This document shows, piece by piece, positions 37,567 through 50,017 of a stretch of DNA of 64,000 bases (positions are counted from its first letter, which is position 1; each line of letters begins with the position of its first letter). Both the position numbers and the translations under genes were made by a program. Source of the stretch: Squalus acanthias (Eukaryota); the NCBI GenBank assembly GCA_030390025.1, contig CM059432.1, forward strand, positions 7,130,001 to 7,194,000, in the 5' to 3' direction. The notes under the pieces were generated by a model, which worked only from the letters and a program-made list of their open reading frames with translations, was not told the origin of the DNA and ran no database searches.

Positions 37567-38299
37567 GGGGACGAAATTCGGTTCCGCCCGAATTATCGCC
37601 AGAGATTTAGCGGCTGGCGCGGAAGTATCGCCCCGCTGCAAAATTCAGCTCACCGCCCCAGCGAGGAAGCGGAGCACTATCTCAGGTGCTCCACTTCCTC
37701 TCGGGGCGGTGTCGGGGGCACCAAGCGCGGTAGCGCCGGGGCACTCTGCATAGCGCTGACGCGTTTCAGCGCCCCTCCCCTTCCGTTAAAGGGGTGGGAT
37801 GCTGCGAGCTCTGCAGGGCCTCCGATGGCCCACACTAGCCCACCAAGGCGGCGTGGTGCCGTGGCTGCAGCCCGGCACCGAGATGCGGTGCCGGGCTGCG
37901 CGATGGCGGCCACGGACCACGCCAAAGGCCGACCTGGAGCCCAAAAAAATTAAATGGCGGTGCGGGCCACGGCCGCACCACCCTTTAATTAGCGCCCCGC
38001 GAGCAGAGGCCGGCCCAGCTCGCAACCCATGAGGCTGGCACTGACACCGCCCACGGCAGCCTCGTGGGGCGCTGCCGAATTTCTGCCGCGGGGCGGTAAG
38101 GGGTCGCGGCACACGCCGATGATGTCATCGCCGGCGGCACTACCGGCAGGGGCGTTGCCCTGTGGCTAGCGCCTCAGTAGCGTCCCGCCGAATTTCTCAG
38201 GAGGCGCTCACCCCCGCCCAGGGCAATAAACACTTTGCGCCCCATTAGCGCCCCCCGGAGACGCTAACGGCAGGCGCAAAGGAGCAAAATTTCACGGCC
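37567..38299. mobile_element. CpG-rich Harbinger-like MITE
   Basis: Ends GGGGACGAAATT / AATTTCACGGCC, with AAC on both sides. Sharp change in GC content at the edges. Confidence 0.65.
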
Positions 38300-38369
38300 A
38301 ACATCTTTTAACCAAAACACTCCTAAATGCACATTAGCGTTTTTTGTTCTTGGTGATTGTTTATTATTT

Positions 38370-38780
38370 GCTCAGTGGGTAGCACTCTCGCCTCCGAGTG
38401 AGAAGGTTGTGGGTTTAAGTCCCACTCCAGAGACTTGAGCACATAATCTAGGCCGACACTCCAGGGCAGTACTGAAGGAGTGCTGCAATGTCGGAGGTGC
38501 CATCTTTCAGATGAGAAGTTAAACTGCTCTCTCTGGTAAAAGATCACACGGCCACTATTTCGAAGAAGAGCAGGAGAGATCTTCCCGGTGTCCTGGCTAA
38601 TATTTATCCCTTATCTGCTCGTCTATCACATTGCTGTTTTGTGGGAGCTTGCTGTGCGCAAATTGGCTGCCGCGTTTCCTACATTGCAACAGGGACTACA
38701 CTTCAAAAAGCACTTCATTGGCTGTGAAGCGCTTTGGAACGGCCGTGAAAGGTGCTACATCAATGCGTGTCTCTCTTTCA
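38370..38780 (+). mobile_element. Deu-domain tRNA SINE
   Basis: Same family as 32305-32765; ends about 50 nt upstream of exon 9. Confidence 0.82.
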
Positions 38781-38831
38781 TAATGTTGATCAGGAAGTAT
38801 TGCTGCTTAACGTTATTTTGTGTTTTTGCAG

Positions 38832-39115
38832 CATGACTACCCGCTGGAGAGCGCTGTATTTAGCCTCGGCCCAGCGAGTGCCCAAACCCCTGCCGTGCCG
38901 AGTTCCATTCCTTGCTGGGACTTCGTCGCCGGGGGAGGTCAGTCAGATTTAAGCGTCCCGCTGCCCCAGAAACATCTGCTGCTCGGTTACTCTCCACACG
39001 TTGGCGCAAGCAGCTGCCAGTACTGGAGTCTGGCAGCTATGATTAGGCCGGATTTTCCGAGGCAAAGCATGGCGGTGCCTCTTGGGGATTCCGGTGAAAG
39101 TGGATTTTGTTCCAG
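38832..39115 (+). CDS. VPS13B: VPS13B exon 9 (HDYPLESAVFSL...IPCWDF...WSLAAMIRPDFPRQSMAVPLG...GFCS)
   Basis: tttgcag| and |gtacag; 284 nt, phase 0/2. Confidence 0.93.
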
Positions 39116-40189
39116 GTACAGTGAAAGTCATATTTTTTCTGCCGTGCATAACCATTTAACTTCAACATTGATATTTCAAGAAACTAACCAACACCCACCA
39201 CAGGGACTTCGCGGAGGGCATTCTTGTTTGAAGACAGAAATTCAGTAATTCTCCCCTTTTTTTTGTTCCTGCAGCAAAAATGCCTTCATGTATTTTGGGA
39301 CTAATCATTCTGGAGTCTCTTTCTCTGAATCGCAAATTTCCCTTCACAGTTAATGGGCTGAAATCTGGCAAGAGCATCGAATCGATTACAGAATTGATCA
39401 GCAACGTCATGTTTAGTTTCAGTAGATTTATTATCGTCAATATGTGTTTCTCCTGCTTCTAATCCGCAAGCTCTGTTCAAACAATAAGCGTTGTCAAACC
39501 TTATTATTGTCAAACCGTGAGGGCCTGTGATGTAGTTCACACCAGGCATTCACTCAGCAGTGTATGAATTCATCGAAACATAGAATGATACAGCACAGAA
39601 GGAGGCCATTCGGCCCATCGTGCCTGTGCCGGCTCTTTGAAAGAGCTCTCCAATTAGTCCTACTCCCCCCCGCTCTTTCCCCACAGCCCTGCAAATTTTT
39701 CCTTTTCAAGGAACTCACCTACTGCATAATAGTGACTGCACTTCATAAAAGTAAATCATTATGGAAAGCGCTTCAGGATATTGCAACAACATAATGAGCT
39801 GTATGAATGCAAGGATTGTATTTATTATTTCAAATTGTAATGGAGCTTCCACAAGGACCAAGTAACAAGTTTGTCCCCAGTACGCTGTACTTGTGCTCAC
39901 TTCAAAATTCGTGACACCTGTACTTGCTATGAAGCCAACCTTGACCCATACGCATGATCTATAGAGGAGAGCATGTCACAGGGTGAACAATGTATCCTTG
40001 TACCACTGGGTTATACACTGCAAATAGCACGGGATGCCTCCTACTGATCTCTCGATTGGGATGGAAAACACCAGGCTGATTTTTCAGTCTGAATTGCAAA
40101 TTGTGTGTCACAGAAAGAAACTTATACAGAACCAAGTTAAAGCAGCAGAGTGAATAGTGATACAAAACATAACTTTACCTTTTAGTATC

Positions 40190-40750
40190 AGTAATGGTGA
40201 TTGTCGTAAAAACCCATCTGGTTCACTGATGTCCTTTAGGGAAGGAAATCTGCCGTCCTTACCCGGTCTGGCCTATATGTGACTCCAGACCTACAGCAAT
40301 GGGGTCGGCCATTTAGGACTGAGATGAGGAGAAATTTCTTCACTCAGAACGTGTTGAATCTTTGGAATTCTCCACCCCTGAGGGCTGTGGAGGCTCAGTC
40401 ATTGAGTATATTCAAGACAGAGATCGATAGATTTTTGAATATTAAGGGGATCAAGGGATATGGGGATAGTGCAGGAAAGTGGAGATCAGGTTGAAGATCA
40501 GCCATGATCTTATTGAATGGCGGAGCAGGCTCGAAGGACCGAATGGCCTACTCCTGCTCCTATTTCTTATCTTATGCTATCTTAACTGCCCTCTGAAATG
40601 GCCGAGCAAGCCACTCAGTTGTCTGTACAAAAAAACTGCAGCGGTTCAAGAAGGCGGCTCACCACCACCTTCTCGAGGACAATTAGGGATGGGGAATAAA
40701 TGCTGGCCTTGCCAGTGATGCCCACATCCCATGAATATTAAAAAAAAAAA
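40190..40750 (+). mobile_element. SINE body and tail (partner of the 22480 LINE) interrupted by a CR1 3' fragment at about 40300-40577
   Basis: The SINE sequence resumes after the CR1 tail and ends in gcccacatcccatgaat plus poly(A). Confidence 0.75.
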
Positions 40751-41384
40751 TTCCTTTACATTTAAATGATCTCAAAACAATAAAATCTCTTGGACTTTAG
40801 CAGCTCTCTTCAGTAACTTTTTGAACATATCCCATGATGAAAACTCATGTTAAAAAATGAATCCTCACAGATCCTCCCTATTAGTCCCTCTTCTTATAAT
40901 GGCACAGATTTCTTTTTCATTCAGGTGGAGATTGGGACAGCACGGAGGGAATGAATGTTTAATTTTCCATGTTAAAATTATGGAGAAAATTCTGTGTTTA
41001 AAAGAAAAACTCCGCAGGAAGTTTTACACACTTAATCACGTCGCCTGGGTTAACCCTTTAGATCAGTAAATGTAATATTACAAATGTGCACACATTTCAT
41101 GAAATGGAATAAGTTAATAAGCTGTCTTAGTATTATTTTTTTGATTTGAATTTACCCGTGCAATATGCCACATGGCAAGGTTTTCTGACTCAAACATTTA
41201 ATGGTGTTGCTACACTTTTCAACAACTATCACTTCAAGAGACACTGCTTTTGTCAGCTACGTGGCTTCATTCCCCTCACTGTATCAGAAAATGAATCTTA
41301 AATCAACGACACCAAAATAGATAACGGACCTTTTGTGTTTGAATGTTTTCGACTTCTTTTTAAAAGCAAGAAAAAAATGATGAT

Positions 41385-41730
41385 GGGTTTTGATAGAGTG
41401 CATAGCAAGAGACTGTTTCCACTGGTAGGAGGGTCAGTAACCAGAGGGCACAGATTTAAGGCAATTGGCAAAAGAACCAGAGGGGAGCGGAGGAGATTTT
41501 TTTTTATTTTACCTAGCCAGTTGTTGTGATCGGGAACGCACTGCCCGAAAGGGCGGTGGAAGCAGATTCAATGGTAACTTTCAAAAGGGAATTGGATAAA
41601 TACTTGAAAAGGAAAAATTTGCAGGGCTACGGGGAAAGAGCAGGGGGGAAGTGGGACTAATTGGAGAGCTCTTTCAAAGAGTCGGCACAGACCCGATGGG
41701 CTGAATGGCCTCCTTCTGTGCTGTTTGATT
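41385..41730 (+). mobile_element. CR1 3' fragment
   Basis: GFDRV...LFPLVGGSVTRGHRFK plus 3' UTR. Confidence 0.85.
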
Positions 41731-42894
41731 TTATAATGAACCCTGGGGGTAAATAAATTGGCATCCAAACTTGACTCTTCCAAATTAAGGCAGAGGATGG
41801 CAATTTGTAGAAACCGATTGATTTGATGAAGACTGCTTAATGCAGATGACTTACTACCATCTCATTGTATCTTCTACATTGGACGCTATAAGGACATCTG
41901 CAGGTCAAGCAGATTTCCATAAACTTTTTTCTAGTATAGTATTTTATAATAGTATCAGGGTTTGCTCAAACTTACCGTATCTGGTTGGATCACACATTTG
42001 GCATTGAGACAAACACCACATTTATCCTATTCTTATCTTACATCTGTTTTTAATGAAGCCTTCAGATCTTCTTTTAGGGAGGGAGAAGCCGTTAACATTT
42101 TTAATATTTTTTTTTTAATCATAAAGTACATAAATCTTCGAACAGTACGGGAGGTGACTGAGGTTGTTGGTGCCGTTCCACTGACTGGGAAAACCTGGCT
42201 GTGAATCCCAAACTCCTCTGACAGCCAGTTACTGATTTCAGCCTGTTCGTAGGCTGCAGTGCCGAGTGGCAGCAAAGAGGGGAAAGTTTGGGCAAAAGTT
42301 CTGCATCTGGCCAGTCTTGGTACCTGCCGCTGACTGCACACCACTCTTTGCAAAGGCCAGAGATTGCCCGTCATTAACCACTTATCCTCGCAGCCAGGAT
42401 GCGAGGGCTTATGACCCACAAAGAGCACAAAATATGAAAAGTATGTTTAACTTTAAAAAAAAAAGTTTGAAGATTTATTGTCCCGACCCAATTTTTTTTT
42501 TTCCCCCCACCCAATCTCTCTCGCATATCGGTCTTCAACCTGGAGGGTAGGTAAGAAGTTACTGCCAGATCTCTGCCTGTGTACCCGCGGAAATGATTCA
42601 CTTTCAGGCACCCAGGCTAACTTGCCCTCTGAACCTCCGTGCTGTTCTTTAAAGAACGGCCTATCTCATTTCCAGCTTAAAATCTGAGCTTCTTCTGAGA
42701 TGAAGAAAGATGGGAGGAGGCTCAGGTGGAGCAGCAACACCGGCATAGGCCTGTTGGGCAGAATGGACTGTTCCTGTGCTGTAAATTCGATGCTGTTCAT
42801 TACGTCGGGAGGTTATAGCAGTGAACTCATCTTCCACCAGTCCGACGCAGTTCATCCACCAGGCCCTCCTCTCAGATAAATTGTCTTATTCCCC

Positions 42895-43390
42895 AACAAA
42901 CAACAGCTTGCATTTTTAACCGCGTCTTTATTGTAGTAAAACGCCCCACGGCGCTTCACAGGAACATTATCAGACAAAATTTGACACCGAGTCACATAAA
43001 GAGATATTAGGACAGGTGACCAAAAGCTTGGTGAAAGAGGTAGGTTTTAAGGAGCGGCTTAAAGGAGGAGAGAGAGGTGTAGGGAGGGAATTCCCGAGCT
43101 TAGGGCCTCGGCAGCTGAAGGTACGGCCGCCAATGTTGGGATGAAGGAAATCGGGGATGTGCAAGAGGCCAGAATTGGAGGAGTGCTGAGATCTCGGAGT
43201 GTTGTAGGGCTGCAGGCGGTTACAGAGTTAGGGAGGGGGGGGCGAGGCCATGGAGGTAGTTGAACTCATGGATGAGAATTTTAAAATCCAGGCGTTGCTG
43301 GTCCGGGAGCCAATGTAGGTCAGCGGGCACAGGATATGATACAAGTTAGGATAAGGGCAGCCGTGTTTTGGATGAGCTCACATTTACGGA
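42895..43390 (-). mobile_element. L2 3' fragment
   Basis: IGGRTFSCRGPKLGNSLP and an L2 tail. Confidence 0.85.
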
Positions 43391-43525
43391 GGGTGTCATA
43401 CATGCACATATGCATTAATGCTGCATCTACTTTCTATATGTGACCTGAAGATGCATACAATATTGACTTTATAGGTTGTGTTACAGCAGTGCAGATAATC
43501 TGCACAATTTAGCACTGATATGTAT

Positions 43526-44071
43526 GCCCTGATTTTCACTCTGGGTGGGAATCACATGGGCAGAGGGGCCAAGGCGGGCGCCGAACCACCCTGACCTCGG
43601 CAGTATGAGATTTTAACTCCCAGGCCTTGTCTGCAGGCCTTGTCTAAACGCCCGAAACTGGCGGGCTGGTCGGCAAGCAGGAACGCAATGTCGGGTGGAA
43701 GGAAGGGGGAAGGGGAGGGTTAAAACTTTCCTTTGTGGCCCAGATGAACACTGGGCCCCCACAAGAAAAGGAACCCAAAAAAAAGTAAGATGACTTGCCT
43801 TTTTTTGAGGCCTCTTCTGGCTAGGTGGAACTGGTGGGGACACCAGAACCCCTTCCCCACTCAGTTAGAAAAGCAGTTGGGCCCCAGTGACGACCTCGGA
43901 GCCCGATGTGCATATTTAAAGAAGGGCTCTGCCATTTACCGCCTGCTCAGAAGAGCAGGTTACAACCAGAATCTGCAAATCAGTGTGGACAATCAGCGGG
44001 TGAGCCCCACGGGCAATATTAAGTGCCCGACAGCCCAGTTTCCACCGAGCTGGCAGGGTTAAAGTCGCCCC
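43526..44071. mobile_element. Decayed Harbinger-like MITE
   Basis: Ends resemble the other MITEs (gattttcactc / gggttaaagtcgcccc); GC-rich interior. Confidence 0.4.
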
Positions 44072-44279
44072 TGTGGAGTATGCATGGAGGAACTCAAGTC
44101 TCTGGTTTGCAGGTTACCGACACTGGCTGTGATCGACAGTCCACACTTTTTCGTTTTCCAAAATGATTTAATTAGTCTTAACTGTCTTGCGTCTAGAATG
44201 GCAATATTGTAGTTGCTTTGGTAGTGTGTAAAGGAATGGCAGATTGTTTAGGTTACTAACTACAGAGGTTTGTCATACA

Positions 44280-44605
44280 ATCATAGAAATTTATGGCACA
44301 GAAGGAGGCCATTCGGCCCTTCGTGTCTGTGCCGGCCGAAAAAGAGCTATCCAGCCTAATCCCACTTTCCAGCTCTTGGTCCGTAGCCTTGTAGGTTACG
44401 GCTCTTCAAGTGAAAATCCAAGTACTTTTTATATGTGATGAGGGTTTCTGCCTCTACCACCCTTTCAGGCAGTGTGTTCCAGACCCCCACCACCCTCTGG
44501 GTGAAAAGAGTTCTCCTCAACTTCTCTCTAATCCTTCCACCAATTACTTTAAATCTATGCCCCCTGGTTATTGACCTCTCTGCTAAGGGAAATAGGTCCT
44601 TCCTC
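44280..44605 (-). mobile_element. CR1 3' fragment
   Basis: KDLFPLAERSITRGHRFKVIGGRIR. Confidence 0.88.
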
Positions 44606-44699
44606 ACAGATTAGAAGAAACACTGTGAATGCTGGTTGTCTGAAACAAACACACAAATTGTTGGAAATGCACATCAGCTGAGAGGGAAAGATATAGAAA

Positions 44700-45095
44700 G
44701 AAATACTTACATTTATATAGCGCCGGTCGTGACTTCAGGCTGTCCTGAAGAGCTTTACAGCCAATGAAGTACTTTTGAAGTGTAGTCACTGCTGTCATGT
44801 AGGAAACAGGGCAGCAAGGTCCCACAAACAGCAATGTGATAATGACCAGATAATCTTTTCTTTTAGTGGTCTTGGTTGAGGGATAAATGTTGGCCAGGAC
44901 ACTGCTGAGAACTCCCCTGCTCTTTTTCGAAATAGTGCCATTGGAACTGTTACACCTGAAAGGGCAGACAAGGCCTCAGTTTAATGTCTCATCCGAAAGG
45001 CAGCAGTGCAGCACTCCCTCAGTACTGCGCTGGGAGTGTCCGCATGGATTTTGTACTCAAGTCTCTGGAGTGGGGCTTGAACCCTCAACCTTCTG
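44700..45095 (-). mobile_element. Deu-domain tRNA SINE
   Basis: Reverse complement of the 32305-32765 family. Confidence 0.8.
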
Positions 45096-45303
45096 ATATT
45101 AGTGTTCTGGTTAGTTTTGATGAACTATCCCGCCCCGATCATTAACTTGGTCTTCCTCGTTCGGAAGCTGACCCCAGCCTCCACTGTCGACTTCCTGAAT
45201 TTTGCTATTTTGCTTTTATTTCAAACCATTTGCATTGTTTGACAGTACACCCAGTAAAGGCTGGTTGTTAACTGCAATCCCTCTTCCATCTTCTTTGTTT
45301 CAG

Positions 45304-45431
45304 AGCTGTAGTAGTGACTTACCAGGAGTACCTCGGTGTCACCTACATAACTGTCAGTGAGGATTCCAGCCCTCGAACCATCATCCACAACAGATGCCCT
45401 GTCACAATCATGATGAAAGAAAATATCAAAG
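45304..45431 (+). CDS. VPS13B: VPS13B exon 10 (AVVVTYQEYLGVTYITVSEDSSPRTIIHNRCP...KENIK)
   Basis: gtttcag| and |gtagaa; 128 nt, phase 2/1; translated by hand. Confidence 0.95.
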
Positions 45432-45691
45432 GTAGAAATCTGATTTAATATCTCTGAACTGTGGTTACTGTTTGTTTAAGCTTTGTACTTTGATTCTTTG
45501 AGATAACCAGTTTAACTTCAATACAAGAAAAAAAGTATAGGGATTGCGGGGGAGACCAAAACTAGGGGCCAGAACTATACGATAGTCACTAATAAATCTA
45601 GTAAGGAATTCAGGAGAAACTTCTTTACCCAGAGAGTGGTTAGAATGTGGAACTTGCTACCACAGGGAGTAGTTGAGGCAAATAGCATAGA

Positions 45692-48573
45692 AGATAGGAG
45701 CAGGAGTAGGCCATTCGGCCCCTCGAGCCTGCTCCGCCATTCGATGAGATCATGGCTGATCATCTAAACTCAGTACCCTGTACCTGCCTTCTCCCCATAT
45801 CCCTTGATACCTTTAGCTTTAAGAAATATATCTAACTCATCCTTGAATATATTTAATGACCGCCTCAACTACCTTCTGTGGTAGAGAATTCCACAGGTTC
45901 ACCACTCTCTGGGTGAAGAAATTCTTCCTCATTTCTGTCCTAAATGGTTTACCCGTTATCCGTAGATTATGACCCCTGGTTCTGGACTCTCCGACCATCG
46001 GGAACATTCTTCCTGCATCTAGTTTGTCCAGACCTGTCAGAATTTTATATGTTTCGATGAGATCCCCTCTCATTCTTCTATACTCCAGTGAGTATAAGCC
46101 CAATCGACCCAATCTCTCCTCATATGTCATTCCTGCCATCCCAGGTATCAGCCTTGTGAATCTTCGCTGAACTCCTTCCATGGCAAGAACATCCTTCCTC
46201 AGATAAGGCGACCAAAACTGCACACAGTACTCAAGGTGTGGTCTCACCAAGGCCCTGTACAACTGCAGCAGGACATCCCTGTTCCTATACTCAAACCCTT
46301 TCGCTATGAAGGCCAACATACCATTTGCCTTCTTCACCGCCTGCTGCACCTGCATGCTTACTTTCAGCGACTGGTGCACAAGGACACCCAGGTCTCGTTG
46401 CACTTCCCCTTCTCCCAATCTATTGCCATTCAGATAATAGTCTGCCTTTCTGTTTTTGACACCAAAGTGGATAACCTCGCATTTATCCACGTTATATTGC
46501 ATCTGCCACGCTTCTGCCCACTCACCCAACCTGTCCAGATCATCCTGGAGTTTCTCGCTATCCTCCTCGCTGCACACACTCCCACCCAGCTTTGTGTCAT
46601 CTGCAAACTTGGAGATATTACATTTAATTCCCTTATCTAGATCATTAATGTATATTGTGAATAGCTGGGGTCCAAGGACCGATCCCTGCGGTACCCCACT
46701 AGTCACTGCTTGCCACTTGGAAAAAGACCCATTAATTCCTACTCTCTGCTTTCTGTCCGCCAACCAGTTCTCTATCCAAGTCAATACCTTGCCCCCAATC
46801 CCATGTGCCTTAACTTTACCCGCTAATCTCTTATGCGGGACCTTATTGAAAGCTTTTTGAAAGTCCAAATACACCACATCTACTGGTTCTCCCTTATCTA
46901 TTTTCCCAGTTACATCCTCAAAAAATTCCAGTAGATTAGTCAAGCACGATTTACCTTTTGTAAATCCATGTTGACTTTGTCCGATCCTGTCACTGTTTTT
47001 CAAATGCTCAGCTATTACATCCTTTATAATGGACTCTAGCATTTTCCCCACTACCGATGTCAGGCTTACCGGTCTGTAATTCCCTGCTTTCTCTCTACCA
47101 CCCTTTTTGAATAGTGGGGTAACATTAGCTACCCTCCAATCCATGGGTACAGTTCCAGATTCCATCGAATGTTGGAAGATGATCAGCAATGCATCTACTA
47201 TTTCTAGGGCCACTTCCTTAAGTACCCTAGGATGTAGATTATCAGGCCCTGGGGATTTATCGGCCTTCAATACCGTCAATTTCCCTAACACCATTTCCCT
47301 GCAAATACTGATTTCTTTCAGTTCCTCCCTTTCATCAGACCGTATGTTCTCCAACATCTCTGGGAGGTTATTTGTGTCCTCCTTTGTGAAGACAGAACCA
47401 AAATATGCATTTAATTGGTCTGCCATTTCTTTGTTCCCCATTATAACTTCCCCTGCTTCTGACTGCAAGGGACCTACACTTGATTTCACTAATCTTTTTC
47501 TCTTCACATATCTATGAAAGCTCTTACAGTCAGTTTTTATGTTCCCAGCAAGCTTACTTTCATATTCTATTTTCCCCTTCTTAATTAATCCCTTTGTCCT
47601 CCTTTGTTGAATCCTAAACTGCTCCCAATCCTCGGGGCTACCGCTTTTTCTGGCCAATTTATATGCCCTCTCCTTGGATCTTATGTTATCCCTAATTTCC
47701 CTTGTTAGCCACGGTTGAGTCACCCTTTTTGTTTTATTCTTATGCCACACTGGGATGTACAAATTCTGTAGTTCATCCATGCAGTCTTTGAATGTTTGCC
47801 ATTGCCTATCCACCGTCAACCCCTTGAGTGACATTCCCCAATCAATCCTACACAATTCGCGCCTCATACTATCGTAGCTTCCTTTATTTAAATTCAGGAC
47901 CCTAGTCTCTGATTCAACTACTTCACTCTCCATCCTAATGAAGAATTCTATCATATTATGATCACTCTGACCCAAGGGGCCTCGTACAACAAGATTGCTA
48001 ATTAATCCTTTCTCGTTGCATAATACCCAGTCTAAGATGGCCTGATCTCTGGTTGGTTCCTCGACATATTGTTGCAGAAAACCATCTCGTAAACATTCTA
48101 GGAATTCCTCCTCCACAGTATTTTTACTAATTTGGTTAGCCCAATCTATATGTAAATTAAAGTCACCCATGATGACTGCTGTGCCCTTACTGCATGCTTC
48201 TCTAATTTCCCTTTTAATGCTGTCCCCAACCTCCGTATTACTGTTTGGAGGTCTATATACCACTCCCACTAACGTTTTCTGCCCCTTGTTATTATTCAGT
48301 TCTACCCATACAGATTCCGCATCATCAGAGCTAATATCCTTCCTTTCAATTGTGTTAATCCCCTCTTTAACCAGCAATGCTACCCCACCTCCCTTTCTTT
48401 TTTGCCTATCTTTCCTAAATATTGAATAACCCTGGATGTTGAGTTCCCAGCCTTGGCCACCCTGGAGCCATGTTTCTGTAATCCCAATCAAATCGTATTC
48501 ATTTACCTCTATTTGCGCAGCTAATTCATCCACCTTGTTCCGAATGCTCCTTGCATTAAGACAGAAAGCCTTC
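45692..48573 (-). mobile_element. Young 5'-truncated CR1 with an almost intact ORF2 (APE endonuclease plus reverse transcriptase)
   Basis: 924-aa open frame 45837..48611 with NARS, ITETW, VYRPP, GDFN, SDH, GVPQGSVLGP and FADD. TSD AGCATAGA at 45684-45691 and 48574-48581, inside an older sense CR1 fragment. Confidence 0.97.
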
Positions 48574-48647
48574 AGCATAGATGTATTTAAGGGGAAGCTA
48601 GGTAAGTACATGAGGGAGAAAGGGATAGAAGGATATGTTGATAGGGT

Positions 48648-49218
48648 GAAACCACACCCGGAGTACTGCGTACAGTTTTGGTCTCCTTATTTAAGGAGGG
48701 ATATACTTGCATTGGAGGCAGTTCAGAGAAGGTTCACTAGGTTGATTCCGGAGATGAAGGAATTGTCTTATGAAGAAAGGTTGAGCAGGTTGGGCCAATA
48801 CTCATTGGAGTTTAGAAGAATGAGAGGTGATCTTATTGAAACGTATAAGATTCTGAGGGGTCTTGACAGGGTAGATGCAGAGAGGATGTTTCCCTCGTGG
48901 GGGAATCTAGAACTAGGGACATAGTTTCAGAATAAGGGGTCGCCCATTTAAAACGGAGATGAGGAGGAATTTCTTCTCTCAGAGGGTCGTGAATCTTTGG
49001 AATTCTCTTCCCCAGAGAGCTGTGGAGACTGGGTCATTTAAATATTTTTAAGGTGGAGATAGACAGATTTTTGAACGATAAGGGAGTCAAGGGTTATGGG
49101 GAACGGGCAGGAAAGTGGAGTTGAGGCCAACACCAGATCAGCCATGATCTTATCGAATGGCGGAGCAGGCTCGAGAGGCCAAATGGCCGACTCCTGCTCC
49201 TATTTCTTATGTTCTTAT
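48648..49218 (+). mobile_element. CR1 3' fragment
   Basis: PHPEYCVQFWSPYLRRDILALEAVQRRFTRLIP; tail ttcttatgttcttatg. Confidence 0.92.
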
Positions 49219-49817
49219 GATGTAAGGTGAGAGGAGGCTGGAGTGGAGCATAAACACCGGCATAGACCCGTTGGGCCGTAAAATTCTTTGTGATTCTATT
49301 GATTTCTAAGCGCCTGTACTGGAGTAAAATCAGTCGGTGTACGAATTGATTTAATACTTTACAGCTGTGCTCTCTTGTTTCCATTGATCTATGAGGTATT
49401 TTCACTGGTTACTCATGGGCATAAGCTATGCATTATTAAACGTTTAGATTTTCACTCTAAGGGGTAGGAACTCCATTGTGCTGTTACAGGAATATTATCC
49501 AGTCATGAATTCGGACAGTGGAGATCAGTTTTTTCACTATACTATTCGACTATCCCCAATTTTGCAACATTTTGTATGAATGAGTTTTACATATGTAGAA
49601 TCACATAGGAATTACAGCACAGAAACAGGCCATTCGGCCGAACTGCTCTATGCCGGTGTTTATGCTCCACAAGAGCCTCCTCCCACCCCTCTTCATCTCA
49701 CCCTATCAGCATAACCTTCTATTCCTTTCTCCCTCATGCACTTATCTAGCATCCCCTTAAATGCATAACATATTTGTCTATATTTTAATCTGAATTATTT
49801 TTTTTGTGTTAATTTAG

Positions 49818-50017
49818 ATGCCGCGAAATGTGCAGTTTATTGTCTCAAAATCCCTGGTGAGTCTTCAGTTCACCATGAGCTTTATCATCAAGTTTGGAAC
49901 TTCCCTGACTGCAAAACTGAAGACCACCTGCCCAGTGTCCAGCTCAGCATGATATCTTCATCTAACACCTCTGAGGAATGGAGCGATGTCATTGATCTTA
50001 ATAGTCCTGGGACTCAG
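49818..50017 (+). CDS. VPS13B: VPS13B exon 11 (DAAKCAVYCLKIPGESSVHHELYHQ...EWSDVIDLNSPGTQ)
   Basis: aatttag| and |gtggga; 200 nt, phase 1/0. Confidence 0.95.

Noticed and set aside
37508..38112. Several overlapping Ala/Arg/Pro-rich ORFs
   Set aside because: They are by-products of high GC inside a MITE; no domain or splice structure.
46236..48429. Plus-strand ORFs of 86-136 aa overlapping the CR1
   Set aside because: They are antisense shadows of CR1 ORF2, and similar ones appear opposite the other CR1 copies.
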